NCBI GenBank assembly: GCA_013265495.1
Contig: MU059052.1
Span: 4,770,061-4,834,060 of the forward strand
Direction of reading: 5' to 3'
Origin: Vicugna vicugna
Taxonomy: Eukaryota
DNA: 64,000 bases
Part shown: positions 24,690 to 38,223 of the stretch, one piece after another
Numbering within the stretch: the first letter of the stretch is position 1
Layout: each line of letters begins with the position of its first letter
The notes under the pieces: model-generated
What the model was told of the DNA's origin: nothing
Database searches by the model: none
Seen by the model: only the letters and a program-made list of their open reading frames with translations
Position numbers and translations under genes: made by a program

Positions 24690-25488
24690 GGATGAAACAC
24701 ACAACCCATCTTGGTCAAGCCGTCATGACACAGCCACTCCCAGTGACTAATATTGGAAAATATTGGTTCACTTTGTAATAGAGAGCTTCCAAATGCTGAT
24801 GCGTCTCATTCTACAATATCAAAATATCGCCAAATCTCATCAAAAAAAGTTTGAAAGTACTGATGTGCAATTAGGTTGACAGGGGCAGATATAAATTATT
24901 TTTAATTCTTATTTTTGCTCAAGGGGGCATAGTTTATCCTTGGCTATAACTGCTGTCAAATGCCTTGAAGTGACAGGCTTGCTTTGTTCATTTCCAAGAA
25001 AATGTCTGCTAAGTACCCAAGGCTGAATGACTATAATATGTCGAACCTCTTCCGTGGAAAAAGGATGTTCCTTGAAAAAAGAAACTAGTTCAGCTTGCAA
25101 CTCAAATATTTGCAGAACTGCTTTTCCTCAGGACAACCAATGTTGTTTAGCAGGCAGCAGAAGTGTTTTCTGAGTGCCTCCCATTCTGTCACACAGAATA
25201 TTACAAAGATGTGAACCTGAGGATTGAGATATTTGCTGCTTCATAAAGGATATTCTTGAGTGAAACTGGTAGGCACATGGAGGTGTAAAATGCAAGGACT
25301 ACAGCTGGATTTGTGCTAGGCATCAAAAGTTTTCCCAGCATTCTGCATCATCAATATAAATGCCCAACTCAGTGGGAAAGGCAAATAAAATGTTAATATT
25401 ATGAAAATAGCTTTGTCTTTGCAGACCGTCCCCCAAAAGGGCCTAAGGGACCCCTAGAAGCCTGCAGACTTCACTTTGAGAATCTCTG
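24690..25488. mobile_element. hAT-Charlie relics (Charlie1-like)
   Basis: TTCCAAGAAAATGTCTGCTAAGTACCCAAGGCTGAATGACTATA...TTCAGCTTGCAACTCAAA; terminus CACTTTGAGAATCTCTG; a second terminus AAAAGTTTGAAAGTACTG at 24862. Confidence 0.6.
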
Positions 25489-25499
25489 ATCCAGACTAC

Positions 25500-26250
25500 T
25501 AAAATGCACTCCTGACAGGCCTTCCTGTCGCGATCTACACAGCAGATAATTCTTATCTCAAAATGCCACTAGGTTCACCTGTCTAAAACACAAGGACACA
25601 TATTCCTCCCACCCCTATCAAAATCCTTTGAGTCCTTGCCACTGACAACAAAGTTAACTACTGATTCCTTGACTGACATTAAAGATGCCCAGTGAGGTTG
25701 CCTAACCTGCTTTTCCTGCCTGGCTCCCCCATCTCCTGCGTTCACACCCTTCTGTCAGAACTTAAGTTCTTCCCAGCTGGGCATTTGCTTCTCTAATTTT
25801 CTCTGCCCAGAATGCACCCATCAATATCCCAGTCTTTCTTAAACCAGTGGTCCTCACCCCTAGCTGCCTGTGAGAATCCCACGGGGGTCGATTCCCAAGC
25901 CCCTCCCTCCAGAGATTTTGATTTAATTTGCATGGAGCCAGGCCTGGGGACACGTGTTTTTTAGAGCTTTCGACGTGATACTCAGTTGAGACCCAATGAG
26001 TCCACCTTACATGCTACTGCCTGAAGGAAAGCCTTTTAGACTCTTCCAGAAGAACAGGTGCACTTTGTTTGGACACCTGCAGCTGAATGTTCTCACCTCC
26101 TCTGTGGCGCATTTCATTTCAGCCTTGTAATTCAGCTATTGTTCTGTCTGTCACATCTCCCGCTAAGCTGCACAATCCTTTGCGACAGCACCTCATCACA
26201 CTCCTCGCTGCCGTCCCTGCAGAGCACTGCCCAGGACACAGATTCAAGAT
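25500..26250 (+). mobile_element. L2 LINE fragments around a MER5 insertion
   Basis: L2-like pyrimidine-rich text ending CCGCTAAGCTGC...CTGCAGAGCACTGCCCAGGACACAG. Confidence 0.5.
25845..25998. mobile_element. MER5A-like hAT MITE
   Basis: CAGTGGTCCTCACCC...CCAGAGATTTTGATTTAATTTG...GTTGAGACCCAATG. Confidence 0.7.
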
Positions 26251-26269
26251 ACGCTGCTTCTTTTGATCT

Positions 26270-26510
26270 TTTTTCTTCTTGTAGTAAAGTACGCTTCACA
26301 GAAAGCTCACCATTTTAACCATTTTAAAGTATATGATTCAGGAACACAAAGTCCAACGACAACAATGTTGCAACCATTACCACTGTGTAGTTCTAGGAAG
26401 TTTTCACCACCCCAAATGGAAATCACATACTCATTTGCTATCATCCCCCAGACCCTGCCTCCAACTCATCTGCTGTCTCTATCGATGTGGTATAGAAGCC
26501 AATGTGTATC
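26270..26510 (-). mobile_element. L1MA/MB-type 3' end
   Basis: CTCACCATTTTAACCATTTTAAAGTATATGATTCAG...GTTGCAACCATTACCACT. Confidence 0.75.
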
Positions 26511-26516
26511 TGTATA

Positions 26517-26746
26517 CAGCTGACCCGTGAACAACACAGGTTTGAACTGCACGGGTCCAAGTCTATGTAGATCTGTTTCTATAGTAAATACTACAGTACC
26601 ACACGTTCCACTGGTGGTTGAATCTGTGGATGAGGAACCTTGGACATGGAGGCACCATAGATAGAGAGAACTGACTAAATTATACCGGGTGTTCGACTGT
26701 GTGGACGGTAGACGCCCCAACCCCCAGGTGGTTCAAAGGTCAACAA
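26517..26746. mobile_element. Tigger2-family (TcMar) MITE, complete
   Basis: TIRs CAGCTGACCCGTGAAC and GTTCAAAGGTCAACAA, TA on both sides; internal AACACAGGTTTGAACTGCACGGGTCC. Confidence 0.85.
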
Positions 26747-28864
26747 TATAGTATATTGCATATATATCCTTATGATGTAGAAGCTAATCAATCTATACAT
26801 AGTGACAGATAAGCCACACGCACTGATGACAGGCCTCAGAGTCCTGACAGCCTTCCTGTCACCACTTCAAAAAGCAGCAACACTCAAAAAGCAGCCCTCG
26901 GATGCCCACCTTTACAAACACACTTCAGGTCGTTTTCAAGGGAAAGTGTCATATTCTGTGGAGTGTTTATGCCTGTCTTAACCATTTAACATGTGCAAAA
27001 CTATGCTCCTGTTTTTACTTGGTTCCTATCTTCTTTTTAATGTATGGTCATTAATTATGTTTTTGAATGTTGGATCCCAGTTTTTCCCATCAGTGCTGTG
27101 GTTTTCATTGTGCAATTCTGCGCAGCATCATGGTTTGGGGGAATGCAGAAGTCAAGCTCCATCGTGATTTGGGGGAACGCAGAAGCCGAGCTCCAGTATG
27201 GCTTTTGCTGTAAGAGAGAAGCTTGGGTTCAAGGCCAAGCTTTCATGACCTGCTTCTTCCTTTACTTTGAGTCATTCCCAGACATCTCAACAAAATGTCA
27301 TCGCACTTACTAAAAGCCTCTCTCCACTCAATTCCCTTTAAAACTTATTCTCACATCAATCATAAGTAGGAGTGGCCTCTTCCTCCACAGTCAGAAATAC
27401 CCACGCAAGACTTCTTGCCCAAGATGCAGAGCTGCTGTGTAAGAAAACTCTCTTGGCACATATCAAATCATGCCAATTTTCCTCAAAAATCTGTGATCTG
27501 CTTGCAGATCTCCTGCTTACAAAAGAATTACAACAGAACCAGACACAAAATTAAAGGCAGTGTTTCTCTAAAAATCCCTTGAGCTTACTTATGCTATATT
27601 CAATTTTCTCCCTCTTAAATTGTAAAGAATTTATGAGAATGATTAAGTAATTTATTGCCACACTTAACAAGACTTAATTGGAATAATTCAAATGAAAATC
27701 ATTCAGAGAGAGACAAGATAATAATCAGAGATTTCAGATTAATTTGGGAAGAGCATTTTGACCTCTGTACTGTACCCAAATATTCCACTAAAATAAAATT
27801 CATACTTCATATAAAGTTGAGTAACAACACTCAATTGCTCTACATTATATATAATAATAATATTAATAATAATAATTTCCCAAGAAACCTTCCCCCTAGA
27901 TCTCATAGTTGGATGGCCACTAAGACTTCTCTGCTTACTGCAAATTTCCCTCCCATCCTCCTCAACTCTGTAATGCAGCCTGGGAGGCTAAGACTGCCTT
28001 CTTTTCTAACTCCTAGAACCCCAATCCAGTGCTTGTCTTCAACCTATGAATCAAACAGGCCTATCTGGCAAAAGCAGCAGCAGCAAGGAGGGGAGAAAGT
28101 TCTGGTAACTGTCACACCCCGACTCCACCCACCTGCTGCTTCGCAAACTTTATGTCCGCTGTGTACACAGAGTTGCAGCCCAGCTGCCTCAATGACTACC
28201 CAGAAGATGCACAAAATCTTCACTTCCTCCTCAATGGAGATGTGTTGTTCCCCAGAAATCTAAATGTTCAGTGCCCACAGATAACTCTTTCGGGATTTCC
28301 TCTTTTCCTAGTAACCCTGTGTATCTACAGGAAAACAGCCAAGGAGTTACAGCATTTCATCAAGGACCTGGGATGGAAGATAGGAATTCCCGTCTGAGAT
28401 AAGTGGAAACCATAGCACAAAAAGCAGAGGGGGAAGAAAAAGGCAGAGGAAGATAGGGCACTGGGTGAAATGCAGAATCTCAGTGGCCTTTTGCTGAAGT
28501 CTCTACCCCACCCTCACCCCCAAAGCCCTTATCCTCTGTCAGCACTCTCTGCTGCAGCAGCCCACAACCAGCCCAGGGAGTAGGTGGAGGGTACAGGAAA
28601 GGGGAGAAATGCCCGGGAAAAGGACAGCACTGTGGAGAGAGTAGTTCCTGGCCCTCCAAAATTAAAAAGCCAACATTTCCTCCAGATCTCAGTATGGCTC
28701 TAAGATCTATAGCGCTGCTGGCACTCAGATGCCCCAGGCACATTCAGGCTGGCCCAAGAACCTAATACTGATGAGAACACTGTGTCTATGGCAACATGTG
28801 TTCAAAATGCATTTAACTGCATCCTAAATGGATTTTGGAAACACAGCCCTTTCATAAGCAGTGC

Positions 28865-29160
28865 GGGGTGGTGATGAAGTGTGGGCTCTGAAGTCAGACA
28901 GCCTGGATTCAGATTCCAGCTCTACCCTCTGGGGTCCTGTTTTCAGGTGGTCATCCTACAAAGGGTGCACTGGGAACTAGCAGCACTCACTTACTAGGCA
29001 CCTACCTACGCCAGACACCATGCCAGATATTTTCTGTATGTTCTATTCTCATAATCAAACTGCAGGATGAAGTAGCTTGTCCCACATCACATATGTCGAA
29101 ATTGGCAAAACTGGGCTTTGAACGTAGGTCAGCCTGACTCCAAACCTCATGCCTCCTTCA
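28865..29160. mobile_element. Two adjacent MIR fragments in opposite orientation
   Basis: GTGGGCTCTGAAGTCAGACAGCCTGGATTCAGATTCCAGCTCT (+) then GCTTGTCCCACATCACA...AACTGGGCTTTGAACGTAGGTCAGCCTGACTCCAAA (-). Confidence 0.6.
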
Positions 29161-30009
29161 TGTCTCAACTAGCATTTCTACAGTATGTATGACACCTTCT
29201 GCAGCTCTCAGTAAAGTCTCTAACTCCCAGGGACAGTAGCAGGACTTCATCCTGTGAGTATATCCGAAGAGCCCTCCACTCTGTTCTGTTGAGTACAGAT
29301 TCCGAGGACTGCTTAAGGAGGTCCATGAGCACTTTCCACAGACAAAATGTTTAGCATAGCTCCTACAGATCCACAGGGGCAACATTTCTTCTCCTGTTTG
29401 TCCACTTATGCTCTCACAGTCACAAACCTCTTGGCATTAGGTTCTATTCCCTTTGGCCTTTCAGAACTTTCCCACTTTTTAAATTTCATCATCCTTGTCT
29501 TAGGAACCCTCATCTCCCCTAATGTGAGACAAAACAAAACTCACTGAAGACTTTCACCATTCACAAATTAGACTGCAGCTGCACCCATCAGCAGAGAATA
29601 ACTCTAGGCAGGAAGACTCACAGAGCAATACGCAGGAATTTCAGTCCGTGGGTCCCCTCTCATTCTCTATGTGAGGCAGGTGGTTTTGTCACCACCCATC
29701 CAAACTGCTCTCATCAAAGTCACTGACAATGTTCCTGGTGTAAAATGATAACTGAGCTCTCATTAATCAGAGAGGAACTTCCTACCCATGTGAATATAGA
29801 GTATAAAAGTTCTCCACCACTATTCTACATTGATCAATTTCTTCATCCACTTCTATTATATTTGATTTATGGTTATTCCTGAGTGCAAAAAATGCTGTGG
29901 ACAATATTAATTAAATTCTGCTTTGTCTGATATTGTTATACTTGATTCTCATTTGCCACTGCTAATAAATCACAGCCTGTCTTTTTATTTTTCATTTTGG
30001 TAGGTCATT

Positions 30010-30245
30010 ACACTTGTTTAATTGTGGAGAAAAACACAACATAAAATTTACCATCTTAACCATTTTTACGTTTCAGTTCAGTGTACGAAATATATTCATA
30101 CTGTTGTGAAACAGATCTCCAGGACCTTCCCTTCTCACAAATCTGAAAGTCTATATCCTTTAGACAGCAACTTCCCGTTCTCTCTTCCCTCCAACCCCTG
30201 AAACCATCATTCTACTTTCTATTTCTATGAATCTGACTACTTAAG
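30010..30245 (-). mobile_element. L1MA/MB-type 3' end within older L1-like sequence
   Basis: ACAACATAAAATTTACCATCTTAACCATTTTTA...AACCATCATTCTACTTTCTATTTCTATGAATCTGACTAC. Confidence 0.8.
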
Positions 30246-31439
30246 AGGTGAGTCATTATGTCTTAAGACTGTGAATTTAGTTGGATTTTTTAAACTCAAT
30301 CAGATTCTGAACCTTCTAGTGTTTAGCCCAAATACATTTACTGAGATGACAGACATGCTTGCATTTATTTTTGGTATTTTATTTAATCCTTTTTGTGTGT
30401 TTATATGCTAGGTACATTGTCTTCCATGTCATTTTCAAAACTAGGCTTTTGTCTGCTATGACTTATTTTAGTATTTTGGAAGTTGAAGTCTTGTTTTAAT
30501 TTTACTGGTGGCTATCTTTAGTTTCTCAACTGCACATGAAACCTTTTATTTCTCTAATGATCAAGTCAAGAGCAAGATCATTTGCAATTTTCTCACATAC
30601 AGAGATAAGAACTTTAGCATCACAGAAGAGTGACTTGAAGGGATAATCTTGTAAAAAGCACCATGGACAAACCTTGGGCTCAAAGTCAAAATAAACGTCT
30701 AGTTAACTAAACCCGTTTCCATCAATCATTTCTATAATTCAAGCAGATAGCATAGCATGTTTTAAGCTACTAAGGCAGGAAATCTCTTACCACTATATAG
30801 AAGAGGAATTTCCTAAATGACTCTGCCCACTGTATCAACTACTTACACATTTTCCACCACTTACTCGGGGAATTCTCATGGTCAAGTGTACATTCTAAAT
30901 CCAATATGGCTTTGAACTATCTTCCTACTATGTCATCCTGTTAGAACTCAGGGCAGGCAAACTGATTTTCGTTCTCCCTAAATCAGCTATAGTAAGGAGA
31001 GGAAATCTGCCTTAAAAACTAAAGAATATGTTCTAAACCCTAAGAGAAGGAATCTACCTAGACAGAAGGAATTTGTCTAGAAGTAACAGAAGGGCTATCC
31101 GCAGTCAGGTGGCATTCCTACTGCTCTGTCTCTGTACTAATTATAATCAGGAGTTTGTCATGAGAATAGGGTATTTGTTTTTCTGATCACGAAGAAATAT
31201 ATAAAGCGACATCATAAACCAACATTCTGTATAGCTTATTTTTATGTGCAACAGATCGATAAGTGAGAAGAGGTTAACATGGACACATTTTATCATTTAC
31301 ATTTAAATAAATAAATTGACTAGAGTATTCCACCTGTGACCTCATGGCCACATTAAAGGACACTCCACCAGCATAAACCCCTCTTTTGGCCAAGGACCAA
31401 AGTACAGCTCTATTTCTCCTTCCTCCATTATAATAGAGG

Positions 31440-31650
31440 GGAGATTGTGGCCTGGAAACAGAAGAACAACAAAGAGAGGTCTAGCCACTCACGGGCCACG
31501 TGACTTGGGAAACTTCATTTTCTCATTTATAAAATGAGAATAAAATCACCAACTACTTCACAAGGCCAATTTAAGGATAAAATAAAATAATGTATTATCA
31601 ACTGCCTAGCATGGTGCCTAACCCAAAGCAGGTATTCATTAAATCCTGGT
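31440..31650 (+). mobile_element. MIR SINE
   Basis: GTGACTTGGGAAAC...TTTCTCATTTATAAAATGAGAATAAAATCACC. Confidence 0.6.
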
Positions 31651-32454
31651 TTAAAAAACAAAATGAAAAATTCTTGGTCAATTTCCTTACTTTTAATATA
31701 AAGAACAAACCCACATTCATTAAAGTAATACATCCACTGATACATTTCATGTATAATTTAGTTTTTTTTTTAATCACTTTCCTAACTATAACCTGCTTAA
31801 TCTTTTAAAACATAGGCTGGATTTGAATCTATTAGTGTGCTGAAAAGCAGCAAGAAATGAACAGACCCACATGAGACATTCACACCGAAAATGAGTTTGG
31901 CTTTCCAAGCATCAAAAACTCTTTTCATAATGAAGCTTTAAGTGTGAGCATGGCCCTAAAGCACTGAGTCAAACCAGGGCCTCCCTATGAAAACAAGAAA
32001 CCTGAAAGCCCACAGCTCCATCAAGTTTGAAACAATAAACACGACTGAATTACACATTTTAAAAGTCATGTGACTGATGAAGAGATGGGTGAGTTCACTC
32101 TCTGGTAATTGTCATATCTAGTCCTTCCTATAATGTCTTTATGATTTAAATTACACTGTGCAGGGAAAATCATATGTTTCAGAGACAATGCTTCCCTGCC
32201 CCCCACAACAGGGTGACCCAAAGCCTTCACTATCATATGATTTACAGTCATTATCTTTTCTCTCAAAAATCCAAACCAGCTATTTGAAAAATACTAGGGT
32301 TATTTCTGAAAAGTGAGGTGATTTGGCATGTATGGTTGCTTTCACTGACCATGAGACAAAGCTGAAGAGTACTTCTTAGTGAGAAGGGCCCTTGTGAATG
32401 CATGGCCCTTCGGTTATCATCAAACATGCATGTGAAAGAGCAACTGACATTGAA

Positions 32455-32575
32455 AAAGAGTATGAAAACAAATATATGTATGTTCTTGTATGACTGAAGC
32501 ATTATGCTGTACACCAGAAATTGACACAACATTGTAAACTGACTAGACTTCAATAAAAAAGAATGCAAATTAAAG
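32455..32575 (+). mobile_element. Short L1 3' terminus
   Basis: GTATGAAAACAAATATATGTATG...TGCTGTACACCAGAAATTGACACAACATTGTAAACTGACTAGACTTCAATAAAAAA. Confidence 0.8.
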
Positions 32576-32714
32576 AAAGAAAATCTTAGCTGTTTCCAAT
32601 AAATATATTTAAAAAGGCCTAACATTAAATCAAAAATCATAAAAATCAATCCAAAAGGCCTAACATTAAAATCCTCAAAGACAGAGAATCTGTGCGTACC
32701 TACCATAATCCGGG

Positions 32715-32900
32715 AAAGCAGGCCATTATCCTACTCAGTCATCCCAACAGCCCAGTGAATTAGGTACGACCATCGTCAAATTAAAGATGAAGCTAAAACT
32801 CAGGTAAGTAATTTCAGCTAAATGGGGAAGAACTGTGAGTTAAGTACATCTCCCTCACTCCCAAGTCAATATCTGCACATTAGCTCAGGTCACCCTCCCA
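32715..32900 (-). mobile_element. MIR SINE
   Basis: CATCCCAACAGCCCAGTGAATTAGG...AAAGATGAAGCTAAAACTCAGG. Confidence 0.5.
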
Positions 32901-33217
32901 GGTGTCTGATGCCAGCAGTATCATACTAAATGTTTGCCAATGAAAACACTGAAGAACAACAATGAAATAAACCAATATTACATAACCAGTAAGTATGTGC
33001 ACATATGTCTCTGTAAAGAAAGTCTAAGCTATGGCTCATTTATTTAAAGCAACATTCAATTACACAAATAGCACCATAAACATATAATTTAGTCAGTCCC
33101 TTAATATCTCTTGGCAAGGGAAGATTGCAGTACTATCCTTCTCCAATCCTAGAAGATTCTGAATCCTGTACCCAGATGACTTTCTCAGTGCTAAATTATT
33201 ACCACCTTAAAATCTGC

Positions 33218-34022
33218 TTCTCATATACTGCTGGTGAGAATTTATAATAGTATAGTTACTCTGGAAAGCAGTCTGGCCGTTTCTTATAAAACGAAACATG
33301 CACTCACCATATGATCGAGTAACTGTACTGTTGGGCATTCATCCTAGAGAAACAAAAGCTCATGTGCACACAAAAATTGTATATGAACATTTACTGCAGC
33401 TTTACTCATTACAGCCACAAACTAGAAACAACCCAAATGTCCTTCATCAGATGAATGATTAAACGAACTCTAAACTCTGAAACAACCATCAGTACTTTGC
33501 AATAAAAAGGGATGAACTATGGACATATGCAACAACCGGAGTGGATCTCAAGGCATTATGCTTAGTTAAAAGAAAAAAAAAAGCCAATCTCAAAAGGTGA
33601 TATATAGTATGATTCCAATTATCTTTCATCCTCAAAATGATGAAATTGTAGAGATGGAGAACAGACAAGAAGTACCAGAGGCCAGGGACAGTGGAGAGAC
33701 AGGTGAATCTATAAAGGAGGAGCTTAAGTGAGGTCCTTTGTGGTGATGGAACGGTCTGTATCCCGATTATATCAGGTGATGGTTACTCAAATCTACACGT
33801 GGGATGAAATCGCATAGAACTATATACATACACATGAATGCACATACAAACTGAACAAGGCATATGCCAATACCAATGTTCTGGTTTCAATGCTGTATTA
33901 CAGCTACGTAAGACGTTATCACTGGGGGAGCTGGATGAAGGATACACTGGCATCTTCATGTGCAAGTAACCTTCTGTGAGTCTATAACTAGAATTACTTC
34001 AAGAGTAAAAGTTAAAAAAAAA
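33218..34022 (+). mobile_element. L1MB/MC-type 3' region, about 0.8 kb
   Basis: TACTGCTGGTGAGAAT...CAAAACTAGAAACAACCCAAATGTCC...GGATCTCAAGGCATTATGC...GGGGGAGCTGGATGAAGGATACAC, A tail. Confidence 0.85.
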
Positions 34023-34289
34023 GTCCCAAGCAGCTTTTTAGCTCATCCATACGTAGATACTTCTACAGCATCTAAGCAACATTCCTCCTTTTATGAGGTT
34101 GCGATTTTCCCAAGGCTCCTCAAACTAGCAGCAGACTTGAGACTAGAACCTATGTTACCTAACTCACAATCCAATTCGCCATCACACCTTTTATAATGGA
34201 AGACAATGGAAATACAGAAGTACTAATACAGCCATAGTCTCTGGCTTTTAGAATGTCATTCCCTCAGTGTCAAGTCCTCGGGAATTCTT

Positions 34290-34620
34290 ACCCAAGTGAA
34301 CAAGCCTTGAATACATCTAGACTTGGAAGCACTTGACTCTGCCTGGAAAGGTCAGAGGAGGCTTCTCCCAAGAAGTGACATTTGAGCTGAGTTTGAAGGT
34401 TAAGGACGTCACCTGGCAGAACTGGAAGGAAAGAGCATTTCAGGAAGCCGCAGGCCTGGGACAGCACCCCAGGTTCAGAGAGCAGCAAAGAAGGGGGAAG
34501 GGGGTGTGACAACAGCACAAAGTAGCCGTGGGAAAGAAGCAGGCACCAGGTCTTAAAGGTCCATGGCGCCATGTTACAGGCAGAAAGTCTTAAAGATTAT
34601 CGGTTTGTTTTCTGACTAAG
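34290..34620 (-). mobile_element. L2 LINE fragment
   Basis: GGAAAGGTCAGAGGAGGCTTCTCCCAAGAAGTGACATTTGAGCTGAG. Confidence 0.7.
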
Positions 34621-37516
34621 CAAAGCAAGTCAATTCTTCTGGGGAAGTAAAATTAAGCCAATGAGGAATGATATCAAAATCACTACCCCAAATTATACAC
34701 AAAAGCTAAAGGTATCTCATGTGACATCCTTGAAGCCTTGTTTTTATTCAATCGTGCCCTTTCTCAAAGCTTCTCTATATTCTCAAAGTAACCGTTAAGC
34801 CATGTTTTAAGTTAATAAACTGGGGGAAAAAAAAAGGTACAGGGGTAAGTAAAAATATGGAGGCGTCCTACCAAAAGGAGCTAATAATTCTTGATTTAAA
34901 TTTAACAGCTTTGTTCACTGTGGCAGTAAAATATTAATGGCATTGCAAAGTTGAATTCACATGGGCAGTAATTCACAATCTCTGGAACAAAGTCTTAATT
35001 TTATGTCAAGTCATTACATCAGTAAAAGTTACCTGAAATAAATCCACTTGACTTCCAGTATTTTGGACAATAAATAGAGCCATTTCTCCCAATGTCAAGT
35101 TAGCTTTGAAATACGCAGGCTTATAAGGGAAAACCTCCATGATATCAAAGAAATGGCATGCCATATCTCATAAATATGCCTCAAAACTAGCAAATGTTAT
35201 TCTGCTTCTTGTAGCTTTTGAGGTGTCCTCTGCTCTTTGAATTAATCTAAAACTCCAGGTATGAAATACATGCTGTGTGCTCAATGAGATCAGCTCTCTC
35301 TCCAGCTCTTTAAATTGTTTCCAAATGTGCTTTGGCCGGTGATTGATCAATTACTCTGCAATGACTAGAGCATCGAGTACATGAAGTAATGTGATCCCCT
35401 GATTACCTGGGGAGGACAGAGGAGGCGAGCAATTCCAGCAGGATATAGAGATGCCAATTTAAAGGTCAAACATCAGGGGGTCCTGAGGTACTTAATGACC
35501 CCCAGCTTCATAAGAAAGGAAGGAACCAACTACCTTAACACCCAATAAACCATGGTCTTTTTGAAGGTGAGAACTATGTCTTATTCCTCTTCATATCCTC
35601 AGTCCCTAATAAGATGCTACTCAATAAATGTTTTTTGATTAAATGAGTGACTGACATAATGAATGCATGCATGGTGCAATGCAAAACAAAACAGTTAAAA
35701 GGTGGTACATATATTATTTATTAATTCACTTGTTTTTTTGTTACAAACATCTATCAGGTACTCGAAATGAGCCAAGTGCCATACCAGCTAAGGAACATAT
35801 ATATATACTAGGAGAGAGGTGACAGCAAACAAAGATAGGACCCAAGAGAAGAGGAAGGGAAAAGGACTAAATACAGTCATAACAAACTTCATGATTTCAG
35901 ACTGATACACTGAAGGCAAAAGAAGCTTTTAAATTCTGTCCCTGGAAAGAAGTTGATGTCCTGCAGGGAGAACACGCAGCATCTAGAGGCAAAGACTAAC
36001 TCAGACACAAGGGGCCTTCAGATGCTCATCATCGCTGCAGGTCTGAAAGCTTCAAAAAATCTCACCTCAGAAGTCTGTATTAATACCCGCACAAGGGCTA
36101 AGATGAAAAGGGTGTACGGAAAGGGGGCTGGCAGTTCCTCAGACCATTAAGAAAACAGCAGACTGTCACAGTGCTTGGTTTAGGAGTCTCGCTTTGATAG
36201 CATCCGTTAACCCCATGTAAATTGGCTCCCTACTTCAGAGCCAGAGGTCATTTTCTCTGCGGTCATTTTGCCTTAAATACAGGGATTCTTAAAGAGGTTT
36301 AAGCCACACAATTTCAAAGGCACAGTTTTGCTTGAAATTCAGTTCCACACAGTTAAAGAACAGATTGCCATTTCGAAAGGATTTCCAGGTATCACAAACA
36401 AAAGAATGGAATTTAACCAGGAAAAACCTGGAGGGGAAACAGGACATTTGGTCATCCAAGCCTGGTGGCAGCTCACACAAAGGATGCAAGGTTAAAAATA
36501 GAATCAACAAACATTCACATGGTGCTAGTATCTAGAAACAGCACAAAGATTGATAACATCCCTCCACTGAAAGGATCTTCAAGGAGGAAGCTACAGACCA
36601 TAGGCATGCATGCACACAGCAAGACATTTGGATAAATGCTTTAAAGAAAAAAAAAAAAAAGGCCTTTAGTTTTGCCATTTCACCTACATTCAACATCCTT
36701 GGTTACAGAGTAGGAGGAAGCATGGAACAAACAGATAGAGAAAGGTTATTAAAGGATGAGCAGAATCTTGTCTGGCCTTAGGGAAATCGACTCCGGGTTT
36801 ATACCGCACTTGGCCCCACAGCTTAACAGACCCTCTTCTTGTAGTATTCATTAAGCAGAGAGGCCCACACAAACCAGTCCTTAACTCTATGTCAGAAGTT
36901 CTAAGTTTCACCCCCAGATTCAATGGGCAATGGATGGAAGTGAAGTAGATGAATCTAGACATTTAGTATTCAGGTTCCTTAGAGTTTAGAATCTCAAATT
37001 GTAGAATCAACACATACCCCTAAATTCCAGAAGAATTATCAACAATATTAGAGCTCCCCCTGAGACTTTCATGTCTTCGTTCCAACCTAATTCCTAGAAT
37101 AGGGACACAGATCATGTCTCTTCCCTCAAGCGTTTGGTGGGGGGAGGTGATGGGTGAGGATGACGTAGCCACGTGTGTCCCTATGGGAGCCACCAAGCCT
37201 CCAACATGCAGAAGGATGTCCAGGTGGAGTTCTTTTTAGCTAGAAAGAAACCAGGATAGAATCCAGGACTGATGAAGGCAGGATTTATCTTGCCATTCCA
37301 TAATGTTTTTGTTATGAGTCTTCTTAAACATCCTCAAATAAACAAGTTATGCTTTCTTGTTTAACCCTTTAAGTAGGCCTTTGGGTCATACAGATCCTTG
37401 CCTGAATGAAAAAGAATATGGTATAAAAAGGCTGCTTGGATGTATGCTTATAAAGGACAAAGATCGCTTTTTGGCAAAGCATCATATACAGGCAGGTGTT
37501 TATTACTCCAAATCAG

Positions 37517-37720
37517 TGTTTCTCAAACTGTGAGTGATGCCTCGTGAGTGGTTCCTAAAATGGTCTGTGAGATCGACTTTTTGAATGGAATAAAGTGCAA
37601 CAGAATGGACTAGAATGGAAAGGAAAATATGAGCATGTATCACATACTGTCAGGTTAACTACCATTTGGTGAAACTTATACCATAGTGCAGACCAGAATT
37701 TGGTTTTGAAAACAAAACGC
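37517..37720. mobile_element. hAT-Charlie-like MITE remnant
   Basis: Starts CAGTGTTTCTCAAACTGTG; contains an (AGAAT)-type run. Confidence 0.45.
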
Positions 37721-38029
37721 CACTACTTTGGATGATGTCAACTTGACATTTTGAAAAATATAAATGCACTATTCATACTATTCATATCACTTTGAATTAT
37801 TCACTCCATTAAGATGCTTCAGAATCATTTCAATTGTAATTAGACAACATCCCAAACCCTTCACAGTTAGTCTCAAGATAAAGAAGATTAATAAATAGTT
37901 TGGGCCTTTACAACAACAACAACATTCCTCATCCCTGAGGCATGGAGAGCCTACATGACACTAACAGCTTGAGGAAGGGGTAAATTCACCATCCCACACC
38001 GTCAAGAGCCTACATCTCTTAAGTAATCT

Positions 38030-38223
38030 CTTGGGCAGTGATGGCTAAGAGGTATGGGGTTTCTTTTGAGGGTAATGAAAATATTCTAAAACTGACTGCA
38101 GTGATGGATACACAACTCTGTGAAAATACTAGAAACCGCTGAATTTTACATGTTAAATGGATGAATTGGATTGTACTTGAGTTATATTTCAATAAAACTG
38201 GTAAAAAAAAAAATTAAAAAAGA
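38030..38223 (+). mobile_element. L1MB/MC-type 3' terminus
   Basis: GGGGTTTCTTTTGAGGGTAATGAAAATATTCTAAAA...TGGATACACAACTCTGTGAA...TTATATTTCAATAAAACTG plus A tail. Confidence 0.8.

Noticed and set aside
30852-30932. 73-nt minus segment ending CGA|GTAAGT
   Set aside because: Stops in all frames, weak acceptor, no other support.
35013-35040. C/EBP-ATF-type motif ATTACATCA and tttcag|GTAACT junction
   Set aside because: Several such short matches are expected by chance, and the pyrimidine tract is weak.
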